Source: Eledone cirrhosa (taxonomy: Eukaryota). From it: DNA of 64,000 bases. The position numbers and the translations under genes were made by a program. The stretch's first letter is position 1. Every line of letters begins with the position of its first letter. The notes beneath the pieces were generated by a model. The model was not told the origin of the DNA, did not search any database, and worked only from the letters and a program-made list of their open reading frames with translations. Of this stretch, positions 40,701 through 55,700 are shown piece after piece. Location of the stretch: positions 29,202,001-29,266,000 of the forward strand of contig OZ024762.1 in NCBI GenBank assembly GCA_964016885.1, given 5' to 3'.

Positions 40701-43700
40701 TTCTCTCTCAACACATCACATGTCCATACCATCTCAGTCTTCTCTCCCACACACCACAACTTATCCCTCTTATACAGAGTTTCTCTCTCAACACGTCACA
40801 TGTCCATACCATCTCAGTCTTCTCTCCCACACACCACAACTTATCCCTCTTATACCCAGTTTCTCCCTCAACACATCACATGTCCATACCATCCCAGTCT
40901 TCTCCTCCGCTCACTACAACTTATCCTTCTGATACACAGTTTCTCTCCCACACACCACAACTTATCCCTCTTATACACAGTTTCTCTCTCAACACATCAC
41001 ATGTACATACTATCTTAGTCTTCTCTCGCACAAACCACAATTTATCCCTGTTATACCCAGTTTCTCTCTCAACTCATCACATGTCCATACCATCTCAGTC
41101 TTCTCTCCCACACATTACAACTTATGCCTCTTATACGCAGTTTCACACTCAACACATCACATGTCCATACCATCGCAGCCTTCTCTCCCACACACCACAA
41201 CTTATCCCTCTTATACCCAGTTTCTCTCTCAATACATCACATGTCCATACCATCAGAGCCTTCTCTCCCACACACCACAACTTATCTCTGTTACACACAG
41301 TTTCACACTCATCACATCACATGTCCATACCATCGCAGCCTTCTCTCCCACACACCACAACTTATCCCTCTTATACCCAGTTTCTCTCTCAACATATCAC
41401 ATGTCCATACCATCTCAGTCTTCTCTCCCACACACTACAACTTATCAATCTGATACCCAGTTTCTCTCTCAACACATCACATGTCCATACCATCTCAGTC
41501 TTCTCTCCCACACACTACAACTTATCCCTCTTATACACAGTTTCTCTCTCAACACATCATATGTCCATACCATCTCAGTCTTCTCTCCCACACACCACAA
41601 CTTATCCCTCTTATACACAGTTTCTCCCTCAACACGTCACATGTCCATACCATCTCAGTCTTCTCTCCCACACACCACAACTTACCCCTCTTATACCCAG
41701 TTTCTCCCTGAACACATCACATGTCCATACCATCTCAGTCTTCTCTCCCACACACTACAACTTATCCCTCTTATACACAGTTTCTCTCTCAACGCATCAC
41801 CTGTCCATTCCATCTCAGTCTTCTCTCCCACACACCACAACTTATCCCTCTTATACACAATTTCTCTCTCAACTCATCACATGTCCATACCATCTCAGTC
41901 TTCTCTCCCACACACCACGACTTATCCCTCTTATACACAGTTTCTCTCTCAACACATCACATGTCCATAGCATCTCAGTCATCTCTCTCACACACTACGA
42001 CTTATCCCTCTTATACACAGTTTCTCTCTCAACACATCACATGTCCATTCCATCTCAGTCTTCTCTCCCACACACCACAACTTATCCCTCTTATACCCAG
42101 TTTCTCTCTCAACACATCACATGTCCATACCACCTCAGTCGTCTCTCCCACACACCACAACTTATCCCTCTTATACACAGTTTCTCTCTCAACTCATCAC
42201 ATGTCCATACCACCTCAGTCATCTCTCCCACACACCACAACTTATCCCTCTCATACACAGTTTCTCTCTCAACACATCACATGTCCATACCATCTCAATC
42301 TTCTCTCCCACACACCACAACTTATCCCTCTTATACACAGTTTCTCTCTCAACACATCACATGTCCATACCACCTCAGTCTTCTCTCCCACACACCACAA
42401 CTTATCCCTCTTATACACAGTTTCTCTCTGAACACATCACATGTCCATACCACCTCAGTCATCTCTCCCACACACCACAACTTATCCCTCTTATACACAG
42501 TTTCTCTCTCAACACATCACATGTCCATACCATCTCAATCTTCTCTCCCACACACCACAACTTATCCCTCTTATACACAGTTAATCTCTCAACACATCAC
42601 ATGACCATACCACCTCAGTCATCTCTCTCACACACCACAACTTATCCCTCTTATACCCAGTTTCTCTCTTAACACATCACATGTCCATACCATCTCAATC
42701 TTCTCTCCCACACACCACAACTTATCCCTCTTATACACAGTTTCTCTCTCAACACATCACATGTCCATTCCATCTCAGTCTTCTCTCCCACACACTACAA
42801 CTTATCCCTCTGATACCCAGTTTCTCTCTCAACACATCACATGTCCATACCATCTCAGTCTTCTCTCCCACACACTACAACTTATCCCTCTTATACACAG
42901 TTTCTCTCTCAACACATCACATGTCCATACCATCTCAGTCTTCTCTCCCACACACCACAACTTATCCCTCTGATACAGAGTTTCTCTCTCAACACGTCAC
43001 ATGTCCATACCATCTCAGTCTTCTCTCCCACACACCACAACTTATCCCTCTTATACCCAGTTTCTCCCTCAACACATCACATGTCCATACCATCCCAGTC
43101 TTCTCCTCCGCTCACTACAACTTATCCTTCTGATACACAGTTTCTCTCCCACACACCACAACTTATCCCTCTTATACACAGTTTCTCTCTCAACACATCA
43201 CATGTACATACCATCTTAGTCTTCTCTCGCACAAACCACAATTTATCCCTGTTATACCCAGTTTCTCTCTCAACTCATCACATGTCCATACCATCTCAGT
43301 CTTCTCTCCCACACATTACAACTTATGCCTCTTATACGCAGTTTCACACTCAACACATCACATGTCCATACCATCGCAGCCTTCTCTCCCACACACCACA
43401 ACTTATCCCTCTTATACCCAGTTTCTCTCTCAATACATCACATGTCCATACCATCGCAGCCTTCTCTCCCACACACCACAACTTATCCCTGTTACACACA
43501 GTTTCAGACTCATCACATCACATGTCCATACCATCGCAGCCTTCTCTCCCACACACCACAACTTATCCCTCTTATACCCAGTTTCTCTCTCAACATATCA
43601 CATGTCCATACCATCTCAGTCTTCTCTCCCACACACTACAACTTATCAATCTGATACCCAGTTTCTCTCTCAACACATCACATGTCCATACCATCTCAGT

Positions 43701-46700
43701 CTTCTCTCCCACACACTACAACTTATCCCTCTTATACACAGTTTCTCTCTCAACACATCAAATGTCCATACCATCTCAGTCTTCTCTCCCACACACCACA
43801 ACTTATCCCTCTTATACACAGTTTCTCCCTCAACACGTCACATGTCCATACCATCTCAGTCTTCTCTCCCACACACCACAACTTATCCCTCTTATACACA
43901 ATTTCTCTCTCAACTCATCACATGTCCATACCATCTCAGTCTTCTCTCCCACACACCACGACTTATCCCTCTTATACACAGTTTCTCTCTCAACACATCA
44001 CATGTCTATACCATCTCAATCTTCTCTCCCACACACCACAACTTATCCCTCTTATACACAGTTAATCTCTCAACACATCACATGACCATACCACCTCAGT
44101 CATCTCTCTCACACACCACAACTTATCCCTCTTATACCCAGTTTCTCTCTTAACACATCACATGTCCATACCACCTCAGTCTTCTCTCCCACACACCACA
44201 ACTTATCCCTCTTATACACAGTTTCTCTCTCAACACATCACATGTCCATACCACCTCAGTCATCTCTCCCACACACCACAACTTATCCCTCTTATACACA
44301 GTTTCTCTCTCAACACATCACATGTCCATTCCATCTCAGTCTTCTCTCCCACACACTACAACTTATCCCTCTGATACCCAGTTTCTCTCTCAACACATCA
44401 CATGTCCATACCATCTCAGTCTTCTCTCCCACACACTACAACTTATCCCTCTTATACACAGTTTCTCTCTCAACACATCACATGTCCATACCATCTCAGT
44501 CTTCTCTCCCACACACCACAACTTATCCCTCTGATACAGAGTTTCTCTCTCAACACGTCACATGTCCATACCATCTCAGTCTTCTCTCCCACACACCACA
44601 ACTTATCCCTCTTATACCCAGTTTCTCTCTCAACACATCACATGTACATACCATCCCAGTCTTCTCCTCCGCTCACTACAACTTATCATTCTGATACACA
44701 GTTTCTCTCCCACACACCACAACTTATCCCTCTTATACACAGTTTCTCTCTCAACACATCACATGTACATACCATCTTAGTCTTCTCTCGCACAAACCAC
44801 AATTTATCCCTCTTATACCCAGTTTCTCTCTCAACACATCACATGTCCATACCATCTCAGTCTTCTCTCCCACACATTACAACTTATGCCTCTTATACGC
44901 AGTTTCACACTCAACACATCACATGTCCATACCATCGCACCCTTCTCTCCCACACACCACAACTTATCCCTCTTATACCAACTTTCTCTCTCAATACATC
45001 ACATGTCCATACCATCGCAGCCTTCTCTCCCACACACCACAACTTATCCCTGTTATACACAGTTTCACACTCATCACATCACATGTCCATACCACCTCAG
45101 TCATCTCTCCCACACACCACAACTTATCCCTCTTATACCTAGTTACTCTCTCAACTCATCACATGTCCATACCATCGCAGCCTTCTCTCCCACACACCAC
45201 AACTTATCCCTCTTATACCTAGTTTCTCTCTCAACTCATCACATATCCATTCCATCTCAGTCTTCTCTCCCACACACCATAACTTATCCCTCTGATACAC
45301 AGTTTCTCTCTCAACTCATCACATGTCCATACCACCTCAGTCTTCTCTCCCACACACCACAACTTATCCCTCTTATACCCAGTTTCTCTCTCAACTCATC
45401 ACATGTCCATACCATCTCAGTCTTCTCTCCCACACACCACAACTTATCCCTCTTATACCCAGTTTCTCTCTCAACTCATCACATGTCCATACCATCTCAG
45501 TCTTCTCTCCCACACACTACAACTTATCCCTCTTATACACAGTTTCTCTCTCAACACATCACATGTCCATACCACCTCAGTCATCTCTCACACACACCAC
45601 AACTTATCCCTCTTATACCCAGTTTCTTTCTCAACACATCACATGTCCATACCACCTCAGTCATCTCTCCCACACACCACAACTTATCCCTCTTATACCC
45701 AGTTTCTCTCTCAACTCATCACATGTCCATACCATCTCAGTCTTCTCTCCCACACACTACAACTTATCCCTCTTATACACAGTTTCTCTCTCAACGCATT
45801 ACATGTCCATACCAGCTCAGTGATCTCTCCCACACACCACAACTTATCCCTCTTATACACAGTTTCTCTCTCAACACATCACATATCCATACCACCTCAG
45901 TCTTCTCTCCCACACACCACAACTTATCCCTCTTATACACAGTTTCTCTCTCAACACAAAATGTCCATACCATCTCAGTCATCTCTCTCACACACCACAA
46001 CTTATCCCTCTTATACCCAGTTTCTCTCTCAACATATCACATGTCCATACCATCTCAGTCTTCTCTCCCACACACTACAACTTATCAATCTGATACCCAG
46101 TTTCTCTCTCAACACATCACATGTCCATACCATCTCAGTCTTCTCTCCCACACACTACAACTTATCCCTCTTATACACAGTTTCTCTCTCAACTCATCAC
46201 ATGTCCATACCACCTCAGTCTCCTGTCCCGTACACTACATTCTATCCTTCTCAGACACAGTTTCTCTCTCAACACATCACATGTCCATACCACCTCAATC
46301 TCCTCTCCCGTACACTACATTCTATCCCTCTCAGACACAGTTTCTCTCTCTACACATCACATGTCCATACCACCTCAGTCTCCTCTCCCGTACACTACAT
46401 TCTATCCCTCTCAGACACAGTTTCTCTCTCAACACATCACATGTCCATACCACCTCAGTCTCCTGTCCCGTACACTACATTCTATCCTTCTCAGACACAG
46501 TTTCTCTCTCAACACATTACATGTCCATACCACCTCAGTCTCCTCTCCCGTACACTACATTCTATCCCTCTCAGACACAGTTTCTCTCTCAACACATCAC
46601 ATGTCCATACCACCTCAGTCTCCTCTCCCGTACACTACATTCTATCCCTCTCAGACACAGTTTCTCTCTCAACACATCACATGTCCATACCACCTCAGTC

Positions 46701-49700
46701 TCCTGTCCCGTACACTACATTCTATCCTTCTCAGACACAGTTTCTCTCTCAACACATCACATGTCCATACCACCTCAGTCTCCTCTCCCTTACACTACAT
46801 TCTATCCCTCTCAGACACAGTTTCTCTCTCAACACATCACATGTCCATACCACCTCAGTCTCCTCTCCCGTACACTACATTCTATCCTTCTCAGATACAG
46901 TTTCTATCTCAACACATTACATGTCCATACCACCTCAGTCTCCTCTGCCGTACACTACATTCTATCCCTCTCAGACACAGTTTCTCTCTCAACACATCAC
47001 ATGTCCATACCACCTCAGTCTCCTCTCCCGTACACTACATTCTATCCCTCTCAGACACAGTTTCTCTCTCAACACATCACGTGTCCATACCACCTCAGTC
47101 TTCTCTCCCGTACACTACATTCTATCTCTCTCAGATACAGTTTCTCTCTCAACACATCACATGTCCATACCACCTCAGTCTCCTCTCCCGTACACTACAT
47201 TCTATCCTTCTCAGACACAGTTTCTCTCTCAACACATCACATGTCCATACCACCTCAGTCTATTCTCCCGTACACTACATTCTATCCCTCTCAGACACAG
47301 TTTCTCTCTCAACACATCACATGTCCATACCACCTCAGTCTCCTCTCCCGTACACTACATTCTATCCCTCTCAGACACAGTTTCTCTCTCAACACATCAC
47401 ATGTACATACCACCTCAGTCTCCTCTCCCGTACACTACATTATATCCTTCTCAGACACAGTTTCTCTCTCAACACGTCACATGTCCATACCACCTCAGTC
47501 TCCTCTCCCACACACCACAACTTATCCCTCTTATACACAGTTTCTCTCTCAACACATCACATGTTCATACCATCTCAGTCTCCTCTCCCACACACCACAA
47601 CTTATCCCTCGTATACACAGTTTCTCTCTCAACACGTCACATGTCCATACCATCTCAGTCTTCTCTCCCACACACCACAACTTATCCCTCTTATACACAG
47701 TTTCTCTGTCAACACATCACATGTCCATACCATCTCAGTCATCTCTCCTACACAACACAACTTATCCCTCTTATACCCAGTTTCTATCTCAACTCATCAC
47801 ATGCCTATTCCATCTCAGTCTTCTCTCCCACACACCACAACTTATCCCTCTTATACACAGTTTCTCTCTCAACTCATCACATGTCCATATCATCTCAGTC
47901 TTCTCTCCCACACACTACAACTTATCCCTCTTATACCCAGTTTCTCTCTCAACTCATCACATGTCCATTCCATCTCAGTCTTCTCTCCCACACACCACAA
48001 CTTATCCCTCTTATACACAGTTTCTCTCTCAACACATCACATGTCCAAACCATCTCAGTCTTCTCCCCCACACACTACAACTTATCCCTCTTATACACAG
48101 TTTCTCTATCAACACATCACATGTCCATACCACCTCAGTCTTCTCTCCTGTACACTACAACTTATCCCTCTTATACACAGTTTCTCTCTCAACACATCAC
48201 ATGTCCATACCATCTCAGTCTTCTCTCCCACACACTATAACTTATCCCTCTGATACACTGTTTCTCTCTCAACACATCACATGTCCATACCATCTCAGTC
48301 TTCTCTCCCACACACTACAACTTATCCCTCTTATACACAGTTTCTCTCTCAACACATCACATGTCCATACCACCTCAGTCATCTCTCCCACACACCACAA
48401 CTTATCCCTCTTATACCTAGTTTCTCTCTCAACTCATCACATGTCCATTCCATCTCAGTCTTCTCTCACACACACCACAACTTATCCCTCTTATACCCAG
48501 TTTATTTCTCAACACATCACACGTCCATACCACCTCAGTCATCTCTCCCACACACCACAACTTATCCCTCTTATACCCAGTTTCTCTCTCAACTCATCAC
48601 ATGTCCATACCATCTCAGTCTTCTCTCCCACACACTACAACTTATCCCTCTTATACACAGTTTCTCTCTCAACACATCACATGTCCATACCACCTCAGTC
48701 ATCTCTCACACACACCACAACTTATCCCTCTTATACCCAGTTTCTTTCTCAACACATCACATGTCCATACCACCTCAGTCATCTCTCCCACACACCACAA
48801 CTTATCCCTCTTATACCCAGTTTCTCTCTCAACTCATCACATGTCCATACCATCTCAGTCTTCTCTCCCACACACTACAACTTATCCCTCTTATACACAG
48901 TTTCTCTCTCAACGCATCACATGTCCATACCAGCTCAGTGATCTCTCCCACACACCACAACTTATCCCTCTTATACACAGTTTCTCTCTCAACACATCAC
49001 ATATCCATACCACCTCAGTCTTCTCTCCCACACACCACAACTTATCCCTCTTATACACAGTTTCTCTCTCAACACAAAATGTCCATACCATCTCAGTCAT
49101 CTCTCTCACACACTACGACTTATCCCTCTTATACACAGTTTCTCTCTCAACTCATCACATGTCCATTCCATCTCAGTCTTCTCTCCCACACACCACAACT
49201 TATCCCTCTTATACCCAGTTTCTCTCTCAACACATCACATGTCCATACCACCTCAGTCATCTCTCCCACACACCACAACTTATCCCTCTTATACACAGTT
49301 TCTCTCTCAACACAAAATGTCCATACCATCTCAGTCTTCTCTCCCACACACCACAACTTATCCCTCTTATACACAGTTTCTCTCTCAACTCATCACATGT
49401 CCATACCATCTCAGTCTTCTCTCCCACACACCACAACTTATCCCTCTTATACACAGTTTCTCTCTCAACTCATCACATGTCCATATCATCTCAGTCTTCT
49501 CTCCCACACACTACAACTTATCCCTCTTATACCCAGTTTCTCTCTCAACTCATCACATGTCCATTCCATCTCAGTCTTCTCTCCCACACACCACAACTTA
49601 TCCCTCTTATACACAGTTTCTCTCTCAACACATCACATGTCCAAACCATCTCAGTCTTCTCCCCCACACACTACAACTTATCCCTCTTATACACAGTTTC

Positions 49701-52700
49701 TCTATCAACACATCACATGTCCATACCACCTCAGTCTTCTCTCCTGTACACTACAACTTATCCCTCTTATACACAGTTTCTCTCTCAACACATCACATGT
49801 CCATACCATCTCAGTCTTCTCTCCCACACACTATAACTTATCCCTCTGATACACTGTTTCTCTCTCAACACATCACATGTCCATACCATCTCAGTCTTCT
49901 CTCCCACACACTACAACTTATCCCTCTTATACACAGTTTCTCTCTCAACACATCACATGTCCATACCACCTCAGTCATCTCTCCCACACACCACAACTTA
50001 TCCCTCTTATACCTAGTTTCTCTCTCAACTCATCACATGTCCATTCCATCTCAGTCTTCTCTCACACACACCACAACTTATCCCTCTTATACCCAGTTTA
50101 TTTCTCAACACATCACACGTCCATACCACCTCAGTCATCTCTCCCACACACCACAACTTATCCCTCTTATACCCAGTTTCTCTCTCAACTCATCACATGT
50201 CCATACCATCTCAGTCTTCTCTCCCACACACTACAACTTATCCCTCTTATACACAGTTTCTCTCTCAACACATCACATGTCCATACCACCTCAGTCATCT
50301 CTCACACACACCACAACTTATCCCTCTTATACCCAGTTTCTTTCTCAACACATCACATGTCCATACCACCTCAGTCATCTCTCCCACACACCACAACTTA
50401 TCCCTCTTATACCCAGTTTCTCTCTCAACTCATCACATGTCCATACCATCTCAGTCTTCTCTCCCACACACTACAACTTATCCCTCTTATACACAGTTTC
50501 TCTCTCAACGCATCACATGTCCATACCAGCTCAGTGATCTCTCCCACACACCACAACTTATCCCTCTTATACACAGTTTCTCTCTCAACACATCACATAT
50601 CCATACCACCTCAGTCTTCTCTCCCACACACCACAACTTATCCCTCTTATACACAGTTTCTCTCTCAACACAAAATGTCCATACCATCTCAGTCATCTCT
50701 CTCACACACTACGACTTATCCCTCTTATACACAGTTTCTCTCTCAACTCATCACATGTCCATTCCATCTCAGTCTTCTCTCCCACACACCACAACTTATC
50801 CCTCTTATACCCAGTTTCTCTCTCAACACATCACATGTCCATACCACCTCAGTCATCTCTCCCACACACCACAACTTATCCCTCTTATACACAGTTTCTC
50901 TCTCAACACAAAATGTCCATACCATCTCAGTCTTCTCTCCCACACACCACAACTTATCCCTCTTATACACAGTTTCTCTCTCAACTCATCACATGTCCAT
51001 ACCATCTCAGTCTTCTCTCCCACACACTACAACTTATCCCTCTTATACCCAGTTTCTCTCTCAACTCATCACATGTCCATTCCATCTCAGTCTTCTCTCC
51101 CACACACCACAACTTATCCCTCTTATACACAGTTTCTCTCTCAACACATCACATGTCCAAACCATCTCAGTCTTCTCCCCCACACACTACAACTTATCCC
51201 TCTTATACACAGTTTCTCTATCAACACATCACATGTCCATACCACCTCAGTCTTCTCTCCTGTACACTACAACTTATCCCTCTTATACACAGTTTCTCTC
51301 TCAACACATCACATGTCCATTCCATCTCAGTCTTCTCTTCCACACACCACAACTTATCCCTCTGATACACAGTTTCTCTCTCAACTCATCACATGTCCAT
51401 ACCACCTCAGTCTTCTCTCCCACACACCACAACTTATCCCTCTTATACCCAGTTTCTCTCTCAACTCATCACATGTCCATACCATCTCAGTCTTCTCTCC
51501 CACACACCACAACTTATCCCTCTTATACCCAGTTTCTCTCTCAACACATCACATGTCCATACCACCTCAGTCGTCTCTCCCACACACCACAACTTATCCC
51601 TCTTATACACAGTTTCTCTCTCAACTCATCACATGTCCATACCACCTCAGTCATCTCTCCCACACACCACAACTTATCCCTCTCATACACAGTTTCTCTC
51701 TCAACACATCACATGTCCATACCATCTCAATCTTCTCTCCCACACACCACAACTTATCCCTCTTATACACAGTTTCTCTCTCAACACATCACATGTCCAT
51801 ACCACCTCAGTCTTCTCTCCCACACACCACAACTTATCCCTCTTATACACAGTTTCTCTCTGAACACATCACATGTCCATACCACCTCAGTCATCTCTCC
51901 CACACACCACAACTTATCCCTCTTATACACAGTTTCTCTCTCAACACATCACATGTCCATACCATCTCAATCTTCTCTCCCACACACCACAACTTATCCC
52001 TCTTATACACAGTTAATCTCTCAACACATCACATGACCATACCACCTCAGTCATCTCTCTCACACACCACAACTTATCCCTCTTATACCCAGTTTCTCTC
52101 TTAACACATCACATGTCCATACCATCTCAATCTTCTCTCCCACACACCACAACTTATCCCTCTTATACACAGTTTCTCTCTCAACACATCACATGTCCAT
52201 TCCATCTCAGTCTTCTCTCCCACACACTACAACTTATCCCTCTGATACCCAGTTTCTCTCTCAACACATCACATGTCCATACCATCTCAGTCTTCTCTCC
52301 CACACACTACAACTTATCCCTCTTATACACAGTTTCTCTCTCAACACATCACATGTCCATACCATCTCAGTCTTCTCTCCCACACACCACAACTTATCCC
52401 TCTGATACAGAGTTTCTCTCTCAACACGTCACATGTCCATACCATCTCAGTCTTCTCTCCCACACACCACAACTTATCCCTCTTATACCCAGTTTCTCCC
52501 TCAACACATCACATGTCCATACCATCCCAGTCTTCTCCTCCGCTCACTACAACTTATCCTTCTGATACACAGTTTCTCTCCCACACACCACAACTTATCC
52601 CTCTTATACACAGTTTCTCTCTCAACACATCACATGTACATACCATCTTAGTCTTCTCTCGCACAAACCACAATTTATCCCTGTTATACCCAGTTTCTCT

Positions 52701-55700
52701 CTCAACTCATCACATGTCCATACCATCTCAGTCTTCTCTCCCACACATTACAACTTATGCCTCTTATACGCAGTTTCACACTCAACACATCACATGTCCA
52801 TACCATCGCAGCCTTCTCTCCCACACACCACAACTTATCCCTCTTATACCCAGTTTCTCTCTCAATACATCACATGTCCATACCATCGCAGCCTTCTCTC
52901 CCACACACCACAACTTATCCCTGTTACACACAGTTTCACACTCATCACATCACATGTCCATACCATCGCAGCCTTCTCTCCCACACACCACAACTTATCC
53001 CTCTTATACCCAGTTTCTCTCTCAACATATCACATGTCCATACCATCTCAGTCTTCTCTCCCACACACTACAACTTATCAATCTGATACCCAGTTTCTCT
53101 CTCAACACATCACATGTCCATACCATCTCAGTCTTCTCTCCCACACACTACAACTTATCCCTCTTATACACAGTTGCTCTCTCAACACATCAAATGTCCA
53201 TACCATCTCAGTCTTCTCTCCCACACACCACAACTTATCCCTCTTATACACAGTTTCTCCCTCAACACGTCACATGTCCATACCATCTCAGTCTTCTCTC
53301 CCACACACCACAACTTATCCCTCTTATACACAATTTCTCTCTCAACTCATCACATGTCCATACCATCTCAGTCTTCTCTCCCACACACCACGACTTATCC
53401 CTCTTATACACAGTTTCTCTCTCAACACATCACATGTCTATACCATCTCAATCTTCTCTCCCACACACCACAACTTATCCCTCTTATACACAGTTAATCT
53501 CTCAACACATCACATGACCATACCACCTCAGTCATCTCTCTCACATACCACAACTTATCCCTCTTATACCCAGTTTCTCTCTTAACACATCACATGTCCA
53601 TACCACCTCAGTCTTCTCTCCCACACACCACAACTTATCCCTCTTATACACAGTTTCTCTCTCAACACATCACATGTCCATACCACCTCAGTCATCTCTC
53701 CCACACACCACAACTTATCCCTCTTATACACAGTTTCTCTCTCAACACATCACATGTCCATTCCATCTCAGTCTTCTCTCCCACACACTACAACTTATCC
53801 CTCTGATACCCAGTTTCTCTCTCAACACATCACATGTCCATACCATCTCAGTCTTCTCTCCCACACACTACAACTTATCCCTCTTATACACAGTTTCTCT
53901 CTCAACACATCACATGTCCATACCATCTCAGTCTTCTCTCCCACACACCACAACTTATCCCTCTGATACAGAGTTTCTCTCTCAACACGTCACATGTCCA
54001 TACCATCTCAGTCTTCTCTCCCACACACCACAACTTATCCCTCTTATACCCAGTTTCTCTCTCAACACATCACATGTACATACCATCCCAGTCTTCTCCT
54101 CCGCTCACTACAACTTATCATTCTGATACACAGTTTCTCTCCCACACACCACAACTTATCCCTCTTATACACAGTTTCTCTCTCAACACATCACATGTAC
54201 ATACCATCTTAGTCTTCTCTCGCACAAACCACAATTTATCCCTCTTATACCCAGTTTCTCTCTCAACACATCACATGTCCATACCATCTCAGTCTTCTCT
54301 CCCACACATTACAACTTATGCCTCTTATACGCAGTTTCACACTCAACACATCACATGTCCATACCATCGCACCCTTCTCTCCCACACACCACAACTTATC
54401 CCTCTTATACCAAGTTTTTCTCTCAATACATCACATGTCCATACCATCGCAGCCTTCTCTCCCACACACCACAACTTATCCCTGTTATACACAGTTTCAC
54501 ACTCATCACATCACATGTCCATACCACCTCAGTCATCTCTCCCACACACCACAACTTATCCCTCTTATACCTAGTTACTCTCTCAACTCATCACATGTCC
54601 ATACCATCGCAGCCTTCTCTCCCACACACCACAACTTATCCCTCTTATACCTAGTTTCTCTCTCAACTCATCACATATCCATTCCATCTCAGTCTTCTCT
54701 CCCACACACCATAACTTATCCCTCTGATACACAGTTTCTCTCTCAACTCATCACATGTCCATACCACCTCAGTCTTCTCTCCCACACACCACAACTTATC
54801 CCTCTTATACCCAGTTTCTCTCTCAACTCATCACATGTCCATACCATCTCAGTCTTCTCTCCCACACACCACAACTTATCCCTCTTATACCCAGTTTCTC
54901 TCTCAACTCATCACATGTCCATACCATCTCAGTCTTCTCTCCCACACACTACAACTTATCCTTCTTATACACAGTTTCTCTCTCAACACATCACATGTCC
55001 ATACCACCTCAGTCATCTCTCACACACACCACAACTTATCCCTCTTATACCCAGTTTCTTTCTCAACACATCACATGTCCATACCACCTCAGTCATCTCT
55101 CCCACACACCACAACTTATCCCTCTTATACCCAGTTTCTCTCTCAACTCATCACATGTCCATACCATCTCAGTCTTCTCTCCCACACACTACAACTTATC
55201 CCTCTTATACACAGTTTCTCTCTCAACGCATCACATGTCCATACCACCTCAGTCATCTCTCACACACACCACAACTTATCCCTCTTATACCCAGTTTCTT
55301 TCTCAACACATCACATGTCCATACCACCTCAGTCATCTCTCCCACACACCACAACTTATCCCTCTTATACCCAGTTTCTCTCTCAACTCATCACATGTCC
55401 ATACCATCTCAGTCTTCTCTCCCACACACTACAACTTATCCCTCTTATACACAGTTTCTCTCTCAACGCATCACATGTCCATACCAGCTCAGTGATCTCT
55501 CCCACACACCACAACTTATCCCTCTTATACACAGTTTCTCTCTCAACACATCACATATCCATACCACCTCAGTCTTCTCTCCCACACACCACAGCTTATC
55601 CCTCTTATACACAGTTTCTCTCTCAACACAAAATGTCCATACCATCTCAGTCATCTCTCTCACACACTACGACTTATCCCTCTTATACACAGTTTCTCTC

